NCBI GenBank assembly: GCA_030390025.1
Contig: CM059432.1
Location: 3,286,001-3,350,000, forward strand
Reading direction: 5' to 3'
Origin: Squalus acanthias
Taxonomy: Eukaryota
Length of the DNA: 64,000 nt
This document shows, piece by piece, positions 37,417 to 49,700 of this stretch (its first letter is position 1; each line of letters opens with the position of its first letter). The translations under genes and the position numbers were made by a program. The notes below the pieces were generated by a model. It was not told the DNA's origin. It saw only the letters and a list, made by a program, of their open reading frames with translations, and did not search any database.

Positions 37417-38621
37417 TCATCCCACAACTAGCCGTTATTTTAGGTCAGTGTTGGTCGCAAGTGTCATCAGGAGCTTTTACTTTCTTTTACAACTTGACAG
37501 CTTCCCCTTTCCACCCCCCCCCCATCATCCCACCAATTCCCGGCCACACAACAATGCCTCGTCCAAGTGGCCAAGCTAAATGTGCAAGCCTGGAGCAATC
37601 AATCGCTTGCTCGAAAACCTTCAACCGTGACGACATCAAAGTCAAACCAGAACCAGTCATCAAACAGCATCCACCTACTCGCCTTTCAAGAGTCGCAAAT
37701 AGGTGTCAAGAGCAGGAACCTTGGCCTGATGTTTCTCCACCCCCAACACAGGCAATTCGTGACCAATTCAAGCACACCCACTGATTCCCAGCCGAGATGA
37801 GTCCACTTGCTCGGCACAGAGGACTGAACCAGAGATCCTTCTAGTTCATGAAAGAAAGACTTGCATTTCTACAGCGCCTTCCACGACCACCGGACGTCGC
37901 AAAGCGCTTTACAGCCAATGAAGTACTTTTTGAAGTGTAGTCACTGTTGCAATGTGGGAAACGCGGCAGCCAATTTGCGCACAGCAAGCTCCCACAAACA
38001 GCAATGTGATAATGACCAGATAATCTGTGTTTGTTATGTTGGTTGAGGGATAAATATTGGCCAGGGCATGGTCCATTTTCCACCAAGTTATTGGGGTAAC
38101 AATCAGATGAAAAGCTCAAAGTTCAATTACAATATATTGCTTAAACTTAGCTGTGGAGTTATACAGTCACAACAAAACAACCTGCATTTATATAGCGCCT
38201 TTAAACGTCCCAAGGCGCTTCACAGGAGCGATTATCAGACAAAATTTGACACCAAGCCACATAAGGAGATATTAGGACAGGTGACCAAAAAGCTTGGTCA
38301 AAGAGGTAGGTCTTAAGGAGCGTCTTCAATGAGGAGAGAGAGGAAGAGAGAGGCGGAGAGGTTTAGGGAGGGAATTCCAGAGTTTAGGGCCCAGGCAGCT
38401 GAAGGCACGGCCGCCAATGGTGGAGCGATGGAAACCAGGGGATGGTCAAGAGGCCAAATTAGTATTGAGAGGGAGGAGGTACTAGCGGTTTTAGCGGACT
38501 TAAAAGTGGATAAATCCCCAGGCCCTGACGGGATGTATCCCGGGCTGCTGTGTGAGGCAAGGGAGGAGATTGCAGGGGCTCTGACACAAATTTTCAGAAC
38601 CTCTCTGGCCACAGGGGAGGT

Positions 38622-38846
38622 CAAAATTGAGAGGTCGCACAACACCAGGTTATAGTCCAACAGTTTTATTTGAAATCACAAGCTTTCGGAGCTATCGATT
38701 TGCTCCTTCCTCAGGTGACCTGAGGAAGGAGCAAATCGATAGCTCCGAAAGCTTGTGATTTCAAATAAAACTGTTGGACTATAACCTGGTGTTGTGCGAC
38801 CTCTCAATTTTGTCCACCCCAGTCCAACACCGGCATCTCCGCATCA
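38622..38846. mobile_element. Penelope-like terminus (family A variant), perfect palindrome inserted in CR1 ORF2
   Basis: 95-bp perfect arms at 38622-38716 and 38718-38812 around one G, plus a tail to 38846. TSD CCACAGGGGAGGT at 38609-38621 and 38850-38862 (16 bp with one mismatch if extended). Splits the CR1 peptide SLATGEV/PEDWRTANV. Confidence 0.85.
38676..38718 (-). ncRNA. Minimal hammerhead ribozyme motif (family A, expanded loop 2)
   Basis: Minus strand TCAC-CTGAGGA-A-GGAGC-AAATCGATA-GCTCC-GAAA-GC-TT-GTGA. The mirror copy on + at 38716-38758 has a shortened stem I. Confidence 0.75.
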
Positions 38847-40529
38847 TGACCACAGGGGAGGTGCCAGAGGACTGGAGAACAGCTAACGTAGTACCATTGT
38901 TCAAGAAGGGTAGTAGGGATAAACCAGGGAATTACAGGCCAGTGAGCCTAACATCAGTGGTAGGGAAATTATTGGAAAAAATTCTGAGGGACAGAATCAG
39001 TCTCCACTTGGAGAGGCAAGGATTAATCAGGGATAGTCAGCATGGCTTTGTCAGGGGGAGATCATGTCTAACCAATTTGATTGAATTTTTCAAGGGGGTG
39101 ACTAGGTGTGTGGATGAGGGTAGTGCAGTTGATGTAGTCTACATGGACTTCAGTAAGGCTTTTGACAAAGTCCCACATGGGAGACTGGTCTAGAAGGTAA
39201 GAGCCCACGGGATCCAAGGCAATTTGGCACATTGGATCCAAAATTGGCTTAGTGGCAGGAGGCAGAGGGTGATGGTCGAAGGTTGTTTTTGTGACTGGAA
39301 GCCTGTGTCCAGTGGTGTACCACAGGGATTGGTGCTGGGTCCTTTGCTGTTTGTAGTGTACATTAATGATTAAGATATGAATGTAGGAGGTATGATCAGT
39401 AAGTTCGCAGATGACACGAAAATTGGTGGAGTGGTAAATAGCGAGGAGGGAAGCCTCAGGCTACAGGACGATATAGATGGGTTGGTCAGATGGGCAGAAC
39501 AGAATTTAACCCTGAAAAGTGTGAGGTGATGCATTTTGAGAGGACAAACAAGGCAAGGGAATACACAATGAATGGTAGGATCCTAGGAAGGACAGAGGGA
39601 CCTTGGTGTGCATGTACATAGATCCCTGAATACAGCAGGACAGGTAGATAAGGTGGTTAAAAAGGCATATGGGATACTTATATTCTATGCCTCGGCTAAT
39701 GAAGGCAAGAGCCAGGGAGGTTATGATGGAGCTGTACAAAACGCTAGTTAGGCCACAGCTGGAATACTGTGTGCAGTTCTGGTCGCCACACTATAGGAAG
39801 GATGTGATTGCATTGGAGAGGGTGCAGAGGAGATTCACCAGGATGTTACCTGGGCTGGAGCGCTTCAGCTATGAAGAGAGACTGGACAGGCTGGGGTTGT
39901 TTTCCTTCGAGCAGAGAAGGCTGAGGGGGGACCTGATTGAGGTGTACAAAATTATGAGGGGCAAAGATAGGGTAGATAGAAAGGAACTTTTCCCTTAATA
40001 GAGGGGTCAATAACCAGGGGGCATAGTTTCAAGGTAAGGGGCAGGAGGTTTAGAGGGGATTTGAGGAAAAACTTTTTCACCCAGAGGGTGGTTGGAATCT
40101 GGAACTCACTGCCTGAAAGGGTGGTAGAGGCAGGAACCCTCACAACATTCAAGCAGCATTTAGATGAGCACTTGAAACGCCATAGCATACAAGGCTACGG
40201 ACCAAGTGCTGGAAAATGGGATTAGAATAGACAGGGCTTGATGGCCGGCGCGGACACGATGGGCCGAAGGGCCTCTTTCTGTGCTGTATAACTCTATGAC
40301 TCTAATTGGAACATAGAAGTGTTGTAAAAGCTACAATTTTTGAAATTAAACTGACAGTCTCAACACAGAGAGAGTTAGGAGCAAATGTCAAAATCGGAAG
40401 GCCTCGTGGTAAAGGTTATTTATCTTGACTTTACAGGAAAAAAGGAATACGGCACACAATTTAGGTCATGTAATATGCAAAGTGTGCTGGCAGTACAGTG
40501 AGGGAATTCTAGAAACAAAGGATGGGGAG

Positions 40530-40611
40530 GGAGCGGGGCAGGCAGAGGGAGAGCGCGCGGGGCAGGCAGAGGGAGAGCGCGGGGCAGGCAGAGGGAGAGC
40601 GCGGGGCAGGC

Positions 40612-40673
<62 letters not shown>
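40530..40673. repeat. GGGGCAGGCAGAGGGAGAGCGC minisatellite (about 3 units) followed by (GA)n
   Basis: Directly visible tandem units adjoining an L2 fragment. Confidence 0.9.
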
Positions 40674-40677
<4 letters not shown>

Positions 40678-41506
40678 AGACAGAGGGGGAGAGAGGGTGA
40701 GAGAGAGGCAGGGAGAGGTAGAGAGGTTTAGGGAGGGAATTCCAGAGCTTGGGGCCTGGGCGAATGAAGGCTCGGCCGCCAATGGTGGGGCGATGGAAGT
40801 GGGGGATGCGCGAGAGGCCCGAGTCGGAGGAGCGCTGAACGGTCTGCTTGCAGAAGGACCCCAGCCAACACAATAAATTAAAAATAGCAATTGCACAAGC
40901 AATTATCAGAGGCGCACTTGAAAAGGAGCAGACTTTGGGGCTGTGGCTGAGGAACTGCAGGCGTACACACTGTCCGGCTAAGTGTAACCCATTAACCCTG
41001 CGTGAATTCCTCACTACAAAAGCATTCTTAAAGTTCAGGTTGTGTGGAGCAGAATTACCTTATGGCCCTGAGAGTGCATTAGCATTCTTATTTATAACTT
41101 GAAATGACAGCGGGAGACCGCAGACAATTTGTCAGCTTGTTCTGGTACACACCGCTCTTAAAGAGATTTAACTTTGAAGTTACACAGCGTATCATCTAAA
41201 TTATTACACGTTGCCATCATCCCGTAATCCAATGTACTACAGTGTGCGTTAAAGCAGGCAATTAAATTCTCTGGCCTGTGGTTTCCATTGGCGTGCGGCT
41301 TAATTAAATTGTAATCAGCTCTGCTTTTGTTAATGAGATGAAAATTGGGAATCCACGGGCAGTCTCATTTTCTTTTCAGCGTCTTGCAGCCTCATCCCAC
41401 AACTCTCGAGGCCTCGGCGCTATAGCGCCATCGGATGAGACAACAATGGCACCGGGGACAAGGCCTCTGTAGATGTACAAAAAACAGTGACTGTGCAGGT
41501 CGCGCG

Positions 41507-41549
41507 CACACACACACACAAACAAACACACACACACACACACACACAC
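41507..41549. repeat. (CA)n microsatellite
   Basis: Interrupted CA repeat. Confidence 0.95.
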
Positions 41550-43676
41550 AAACAAAACCAGCAGTCAGCAGTACAAGCTACAATTGCTACCGAGTCAATA
41601 ATGACATTCATTTGTTATACTCCTGCCTTTTTCCCCAACCCCCCACCCCACCACCTACTTTCCCCAAATACCCCACTGCTTTCTCGTAACCACAACAGAG
41701 AATTTGCAGAAAACCTCAAGCTTGCAGTTGCTTTATTTATTTATTTTTTTTAATAGAAAGGGAAGGGAATCACTCGCGAAATCACGAGTGCGAGCCCTGA
41801 AACGGTTTCCCGGGACACAGCGCAGAAAACTCGCTGACACGCTAGACTGAGTGATTTCTGGATTAAATGCTGTCGCGGGCATTTTGCTTTGCTCTGCTGC
41901 CTGATTTTCTCTCTTTTGTTGAGCGGGAGCTACACAAATCCCTCAGCGCTGACATCTGCATCAGTTGGCCGGGGGGGTGGGGGCTACTGTGAACAGTAGC
42001 TTTAATTCCGCATCACCGAGCAGGCCTACCAGGAGTATTGTAGTATCGATAACCCAACACCAAGCTGAAACACGAGCAGCTGAAACACAAGCAGCTTAAA
42101 AAAAAACACACAACGTGCTCGAGCTACTAAAGGACAAAACACAGGAACAGGCTGGAGGGCCATTCAGCCCCTCGAGCCTGTTCCGTCACCGAGTTAGACC
42201 ACGGCTGATCTGTATCTTAACCCCAGCTACCCGCCTTGGTACCGTCACCCTTTGCCTAACAAAAATCTATCAATCTCAGGTTTTGAAATTTTCAATTGAC
42301 CACCCCCCCCCAACAACTTTTGGGGAGGGAAAGAAAGTTCCAGATTTCCGTTCCCCTTTGTGTGAAGAAGTGCTTCCTGACATCACCCCTGAACGGCCTG
42401 GCTCTAATTTTAAGGTCCTGCCCCCTTGTTCTGGACTCCCCCCACCAGAGGAGATAGTTTCTCTCTCTCTACCCTATCAACTCCTTTAATCATCTTAAAC
42501 ACCTCGATTAGATCACCCCTTAATCTTCTATATTCATGGGAATAAAAGCTCAGTCTATGCTATTTAATAATTTCACCCTTTTGGCCCGAGTATCATAAAA
42601 CCTTACTGGTCAACTGGGGCACAAGTCAGCTGATGATCAACATATGAGCATCTTTCACTCAAACAATGAAGTATGTGATCTATTTATATCTGTGTTACAA
42701 ATACACTGTGAATGTATTTTGCCAGCAGAAATGACAATAGCATTATGTAAATCAGTGGGCATAGATGAGAATAGAGGAAGGAAGGTTTACAGATTTTACA
42801 AAGTGCCTTTAACGTAGTAAAACGTCCCAAGGCCCTTCCACGGGAGCGTTGTCAAACAAAATTTGACACCGAGCCACATAAGGACCTAACCAAAAGCTTG
42901 GTCAAAGGAGGTAGGTTTTAAGGAGCGTCTTCAGGGAAGTGAGGGGCGGAGAAGGTTTAGGGAGGGAATTTCGGAGCTCAAGGCCCAGGCAACTGAAGGC
43001 ACGGCCGGCACTTGAGCATCCCTGATTTTCATCGGTCCACAAGAGACCAGAATTGGAGGAGCGCAGAGATCTCGGGGGGTCGTGGGGCTGGAGGTGGTTA
43101 TAGAGATGGGGAGGGGGGCGAGGCCCTGGAGGCATTTAAAAAAACGAGGATGAGATTTTAAAATAAAAAATAAATCAGAAAATGCTGGAAACACTCAGCG
43201 GGTCCGGCAGCATCTGTGGAGAGAGAGAGACAGTTGACGTTTCAGGTCGCTGACCACCTCTGCCATTTTCTCGGGCGGCTGGTGCTGTGATGGCGGACGG
43301 CTGCACCTGAGCCGCTGGGAGTGGAGGAGGTGTGAGCTGGTGCCTGTGGTAGGGGATCCCAAGCATGGGGTGGGTCCGCACCCCTGGAGTCTACCCTCCT
43401 TTCTCTGCCACATTCCTGGGCACGGGGGCGTCCTCCTCTTTCCCAGATTGTACATGCTTCCCTTCCCTCCTCTGCTATTCTGCTGTAGCCATTTCCAGCT
43501 CCTCTGGGCCCATCTTTGTTTCTCTACGTGTCCCGTCGCCTCCCCATTTGGCCCTCGCACCATCATCCCTTTTGTCATCTAATCACTCCTGCCTTCCACC
43601 CAATCACAGACCTCCTCTCCTCCAACACGTCTTTTTCCCCAGGCTCTGCACTTGTGTTAAAAACGGTGTTAAAAAC

Positions 43677-44256
43677 ATGGCGAGACCATGCAGACACTGA
43701 GACAACGTATGAACGGACACCGCGCAACAATCGCCAGGCAGGATTGTTACCTCCCAGTCGGGGAACACTTCAGCAGTCAAGGACATTCAGCCTCGGATCT
43801 GCGGGTTAGCGTTCTCCAAGGCGGCCTTCGAGACACACGACAACGCAAAATCATCGAGCAAAATCATCATAGCCAAGTTCCGCACCCATGAGGATGGCCT
43901 CAACAGGGATCTCGGGTTCATGTCACGCTACAGAACGTGACTCGACATCGTTGTCTGTCTTTCCAGTTTTTAAAAAAACACCAAAAAAAAGTTAAAAGCT
44001 CAACTGCAGACGGCAACATTTGACACGTTGGACCCCCTGTGACCCACCTCATTGTCTTAGCTGTACTCTGATGTGTCTTTGATGTAATGCCTCCCTAACA
44101 GATTGTATCTCTGCAGACAAATTGCTCTCTGTGTATATATACTGTGTAATAGATTCCCTCACTGTACCTTTACCCGACGAAGGGGCAGCAGCTCCGAAAG
44201 CTCGTAATTTTAAATAAAACTGTTGGACTATAACCTGGTGTTGTGCGACTTCTCAT
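43677..44256 (+). mobile_element. 5'-truncated Penelope-like retroelement: GIY-YIG endonuclease C-terminal remnant plus 3' region with hammerhead
   Basis: Peptide GETMQTLRQRMNGHRATIARQDCYLPVGEHFSSQGHSASDLRVSVLQGGLRDTRQRKIIEQ, then (frameshifted) IAKFRTHEDGLNRDLGFM, typical of PLE GIY-YIG. Ends in the family A terminus. TSD TTGTGTTAAAAAC at 43652-43664 and 44257-44269. Confidence 0.85.
44170..44207 (+). ncRNA. Hammerhead motif (family A, diverged; core U4C change)
   Basis: TTAC-CCGACGA-A-GGGGC-AGCA-GCTCC-GAAA-GC-TC-GTAA; compensatory stem I change from TCAC/GTGA to TTAC/GTAA. Confidence 0.65.
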
Positions 44257-45659
44257 TTGTGTTAAAAACTGTTCAATCTCAGACTTCTTCCAGTTCTGTT
44301 ACACTCTCGTAGAATGATACAGCACAGGAGGCGGCCATTCGGCCCATCGTGCCTGTGCCGGCTCTTTGAAAGAGCTCTCCAATTAGTCCCACTCATCGCC
44401 CCCACCCCCAACGCCCCCCTACCCCGCTCTTTCCCCAAGGTCCTGCAAAATACATATATCCCATTCCCCTTTAAATGGCTTCCAGCTTCCTTTCAGGCAG
44501 CGAGTTCCAGATCATAATAACTCGTGACGGAAAAAAATTCTCATCTCGCCTCTGGTTCTTTTGCCAATCTGTGTCCTCTGGTTACCAACCCTCCTGCCAT
44601 GCCACTGGAAACAGTTTCTCCTTATTTACTCTTTCAAAACCCTGTGTAATTTTGAACGCCTCCGAGTCAGATGGTGGTGGGTTCAAATCCCACTCCAAGA
44701 GGCCTGAGCACAAAAATCTAGACTGACACAGCGAGTGGAGTGCGGAGGGAGCGCTGAAATGTGGGAGGTGCGGTATTTCAGACGAGGCGTTATAACTGCC
44801 CCCCTCAGGGTGGACTTAAAAGATCCCACGGCACTATTTCGAAGAGGAGCAGGGGAATTATCCCCCGGTGTCCTGTGGCCAATAGTTATCCCTCAATCAT
44901 CATGAAAACAGGTTATCTTGGTCATTTATCACATTGCTGTTTCAGGGAGCTTGCTGTGCACAAATTGGCTGCCGCGGTTCCTACATTACAAGAGTGACTC
45001 CACTTCATTGGCTGTGAAGCGCTTGAGGGCACCCTGAGGTCGTGAAAGACGCTGGAGAAATGCGAGTCTTTCTTTGTATTAAATCTCCCATTATCCTTCT
45101 CTGCTCCAAAGAGCACCATCTCAATCCGAATCAAAGTACTATTGAGTCCTTAAACAGCATTGCTGCCTTTAGCTTCCAAAAATCCTGCAACTATTTGCAG
45201 ATGTCCCATCAACTAGGTACATTCTCCCAATCGTTGAACTCCAACACAGTTGCAATAAATCTGCATGAATATGTGCATTTTAAGTACCCATCCCATTAGG
45301 AGATACTTGAATCTAAACACTTCTTGCAGCATTGACTTATTTCACCTTGATTCCACCCCCCCTCAAGGTACTGCTTTCACATGCACAGCATCATTAACTA
45401 CCATTAGCGGTGTGACTGCACAATGGAATGTCTTCAATAGCAACCATTCACGATTTCTTTGCTGGGATTTGGGAAAACTAAATGGCTGTCAACTACAGGT
45501 TTAACATAAACACATTCACATTTCAATAAGAAGCTCATCAAAACGAACAGCCAATTAAAAAAAAAATTTCATTCACGGGATGTGGGCGTCGCTGGCAAGG
45601 CCAGCGTTTATTGCTCATCCCTAATTGCCATTGAGAAGGCGGTGGTGAGCCGCCTTCTT

Positions 45660-46797
45660 GAACATAAGAAATAGGAGCAGGAGTCGGCCGTTCGGCCCCT
45701 CAAGCCTGCTCCACCATTCAATGAGATCATGGCTGATCTTCTACCTGAACTCCACTTTCCCGCCCGATCCCCATATCCCTTGATTACCTAAATATTCAAA
45801 AATCTTATCGATCTCTGTCTTGAATATACTCAATGACTGAGCCTCCACAGCCCTCTGGGGTAGAGAATTCCAAAGATTCACCACCCTCTGAGTGAAGAAA
45901 TTTCTCCTCATCTCAGTCTAAATGGCCGACCCCTTATCCTGAGACTGTGACCCCTGGTTCTAGACTCCCCAGCCAGGGGAAACATCCTCCCTGCATCTAC
46001 CCTGACAAGCCCTGTAAGAATTTTGTATGTTTCAATGAGATCACCTCTTGTTCTTCTAAACTCTAGAGAATATAGGCCTAGTCTACTCAATCTCTCCTCA
46101 TAGGACAATTCCCCCCATCCCAGGATTCAGTCTGGTGAACCTTCGTTGCACTCCCTCTATGGCAAGTATATCCTTCCTTGGGTAAGGAGACCAAAACTCT
46201 ACATAATACTCCAGGTGTGGTCTCACCAGGGCCCTATATAATTGCAGTAAGATGTCTTTACTCTTATACTCAAATCCTCTTGTAATAAAGGCCAACATAC
46301 CATTTGCTTTCCGAATTGCTTGCTGTACCTGCATGTTAACTTTCAGTGATTCGTGTATAAGGACAACAAGGTCTCTCTGAATACCAACATTTCCCAATCT
46401 CTCGCCATTTAAAAAATACTCTGCTTTTCTATTTTTCCTACCAAAGTGGATAACTTCACATTTCTCCACATTATATTCCATTTGCCACGTTCTTGCCCAC
46501 TCACTTAGCCTGTCTATATCCCCTTGAAGCCTCCTTGCATCCTCCTCACAACTTACATTCCCACCTAGCTTTGCATCATCAGCAAACTTGGATATATTAC
46601 ATTTGGTCCCCTCATCCAAATCATTGATGTAGATGTGAATAGCTGAGGCCCAAGCACTGATCCTTGCGGTACCCCACTAGTTACAGCCTGCCAACCCGAA
46701 AATGACCTGTTTATTCCTACTCTCTGTTTTCTGTCCGTTAACCAATCCTCAATCCATGCTAGTACATTACCCCCAATCCCATGAGCCCTAATTTTGT
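45660..46797 (-). mobile_element. CR1 LINE 3' fragment
   Basis: ORFs 46565-46951, 46098-46619 and 45908-46108: SGVPQGSVLGP, KFADDAKL, RPHLEY, RTRGHSL. Confidence 0.9.
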
Positions 46798-49700
46798 TGA
46801 ACTGCTGCAGTCGGTGTGGTGAAGGTGCTCCCACAGTGCTGTTATGGAGGGAGTTCCAGGATTTTGACCCAGCGACGATGAAGGAATGGCGATACATTTC
46901 CAAGACAGGGTGGTGTGCGACTTGGAGGTGGCACTTGCAGGTGGAGTTCAACGTTCAATACAAGTTCTATGTGCCGCTCCCACGCAGCCTGGCACAGGCT
47001 TTTTCAATGTCAAGTTTCTTGCGCGAAACTCTGAAGCAGCCGCTTAGTTCTTGCCTATCAGGAGATGTTGCTGCAGTTTCAGTCACGAGTTCGGTTTGCT
47101 GTAGTTCGTAGAGACTCTATTTAAATAGACTCTGTAGACTGCTTGCTGTAGTGCGCTGTTTAAATATACTGTTTACCGTATTTCTTCTCTCTTCCCCCTC
47201 ATTGGCTGACACACAGTGGTGTCAATAAAGGAACACAGGAACAGGAGGAGGCCATTCAGCCCCTCGAGCCTGTTCCGCCATTCAATGAGATCATGGCTGA
47301 TCTGTTACCCAAGTCCATAGACCTGCCTTTGCACCATATCCCTTACTACCTATGGTTAACAAAAATCTATCAATTTCATAAATTAACAATTACATAGGAT
47401 ATACAGTACAGAAACAGGCCATTCAGCCCAACCATTCCATGCCAGCGTTTATGCTCCACTCGAGCCTCCTCCTTCTTTCCTCATCTAACCCTATCAGCAT
47501 AACCCTCTATTCCCGTCTCCCTCATATGCTTGTCTAGCCTCCCCTTAAATGCCTCTGTACTATTCGCTTCAACCACTCACTGTGGTAGCGAGTTCCACAT
47601 TCTCGCCACTCTCTGGGTAAAGAAGTTTCTTCTGAATTCCCTATTGGATTGTTGGGGATGGGTTGAAGTAGGGAGGCCTACTAGGATGGCGCAAGAGAAA
47701 CTGAGCCTTCAGGTGCCCTTGGAGAGATAGAGGTGAAGGTGGTTAATGTTGTGGAGGTGAATGGAAGTGGTCTTTGTAACAGAGCGGACATGGGGCTGGG
47801 TTTGGGATCTAGGAGGTATGCCAAGCTTCCTACTACCACCCTTTCAGGCAGTGAGTTCCAGACCCCCACCACCCTCTGGGTGAAAACATATCTCCTCTCC
47901 CAATTACTTTAAATCTATGCCCCCTGGTTATTGGGCTCTCTGCTAAGGGAAATAGGTCCTTCCTATCCACTCTATCTAGGCCCCTCATAATTTTATACAC
48001 TTCAATTAAGTCTCCCCTCAGCCTCCTCTGTTCCAAAGAAAACCCCAGCCTCTCCAATCTTTCCTCATAGCTAAAATTCTCCAGTCCTGGCAACATCCTG
48101 GTAAATCTCCTCTGCACCCCCTCTAGTGCAATCACATCCTTCCTGTAACGTGGTGACCAGAACTGCATGCAGTATTCTAGCTGTGCCCTAACTAGTGTTT
48201 TATACAGTTGAAGCATAACCTCCCTGCTCTTATATTCTATGCTTCAGCTAATAAAGGCAAGTATCCCACATGCCTTCTTAACCACCTTATCTACCTGTCC
48301 TGCTACCTTCAGGTATTTAGAAATCACTCCTTTCTAAAGTAATGTAAAAAAAAACACTACTACTTTCTTGGGAGTTCGAAAAACTAAACAACCGCATCTT
48401 CGCTCACATTTTGTGGCTTTGAACAGTGAATGAAGTTGGTGAAATTCCTCTATTTAAAAACAACAAAAAAAAGCAAGAGATTGGCATATTTTCTCTCTAA
48501 TTAATGAGCATGCCAGCACCACTGAACGTTTCAACTCTGCACTCCCCTGCTAGTTGGTCAGAGGTCCCGTTAGTTACGGAGATAAACAGGCATTCGCCCA
48601 TGGTGCATTAGCAGAGGAATTTCAGGTCTCAAGTGTCTTTTGAAGAGGTCACTGTAAACACTGGAAAAGCTGTAGAGGTGTCACCGCCTGCATCAACCCC
48701 ACTCTTTTCCCGAACGCTAGTTAGAGCCTCCCGGTCAATTCATAGAGTGACACGGCACAGATGGAGGCCATTCGGCCCATCGTGCCTGCTCTTTGAAAGA
48801 GCTCTCCGATTAGCCCCACTCAATCGCCTCAATGCGCGGCCCATTCAAATGTTCGCGCGTGCGCGGTTCCTTCAGTGTAAAAAGCCGGTGAGCGGCCTGC
48901 GCGGGATGACCCTCCAGACCGCTGCGCGGCTCAACGGGAACGTTGGGCCCACCACCCCCCTGCTCTTTCCCCGTATCCCTGCAATTGTTTCCCTTCAAGT
49001 ATTTATGAAATTCCACTTTTGAAAGTTACTACTGAATCCGCTTCCCTTTCAGGCAGCGCGCTCCAGGTCACAACAACTCACTGTTGTTCCCGTACCGAGT
49101 TTTCAACACGGCCACTGTGGTCAATAAACGAGTGGGTCATTTCCGCCTCTTTTGGCATGTTCATAGAATCTCGCAGCACAGGAGGAGACCATTCGGCCCG
49201 TCGTGCCAGTGCTGGTTCTTTGAAAGAGCCGTTGTGTTTAGTCCCACAGTGCTGCTTTGTGTCTACAGCCCTGTAAGCTCCTCATCCTCAAGTACCTCTC
49301 CAACTCCCTGCTCATAGAAATTCATAGATTCACAGCAACTTACAGCACAGAAGGAGGCCAACTGTTTTATTATTAGCTTCCACCACCTTTTCAGGTCGAG
49401 CGTTCCAGATCCCCACAGCTCAGTGAAAACATCCTCATTGTATTTAGTCGATAGGAAAAAAACTTAAAAGTATAAAATTGATTTCTGCATCCTTTAAATC
49501 TAACACAATATTACAATCACAGGAACTTACAGCACAGAAGGAGGTGGCCATTCGGCCGGTCGAGCCTGTGCTGGCTTATATATGTGAATCATGGCCGACA
49601 CCGAACATCCTCACTGGGGAAGCCCGTTGTTGGACGACTTATTGTACCGTAGCGGCTAATCGGGTGTTTATCCGCTGGCTATGCGGAAAGCAAATGTTTA

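Larger units (their letters stand above)
38460..40303 (+). mobile_element. CR1 LINE ORF2 3' half plus 3'UTR (decayed)
   Basis: KSPGPDGMYP, NYRPVSLTSVVGK, QHGFVRGRSCLTNL, YMDFSKAFDKVPH, KFADDTK, YCVQFWSPHYRKD; ends in (ACTCTATG)-like repeats. Confidence 0.92.

Noticed and set aside
40420..41014. 160-182 aa ORFs
   Set aside because: Kept open by GA micro/minisatellite and L2 sequence; low complexity.
43256..43480. GC-rich unassigned segment between two family B fragments
   Set aside because: No convincing ORF, splice sites or termini; I could not assign it without a database search.
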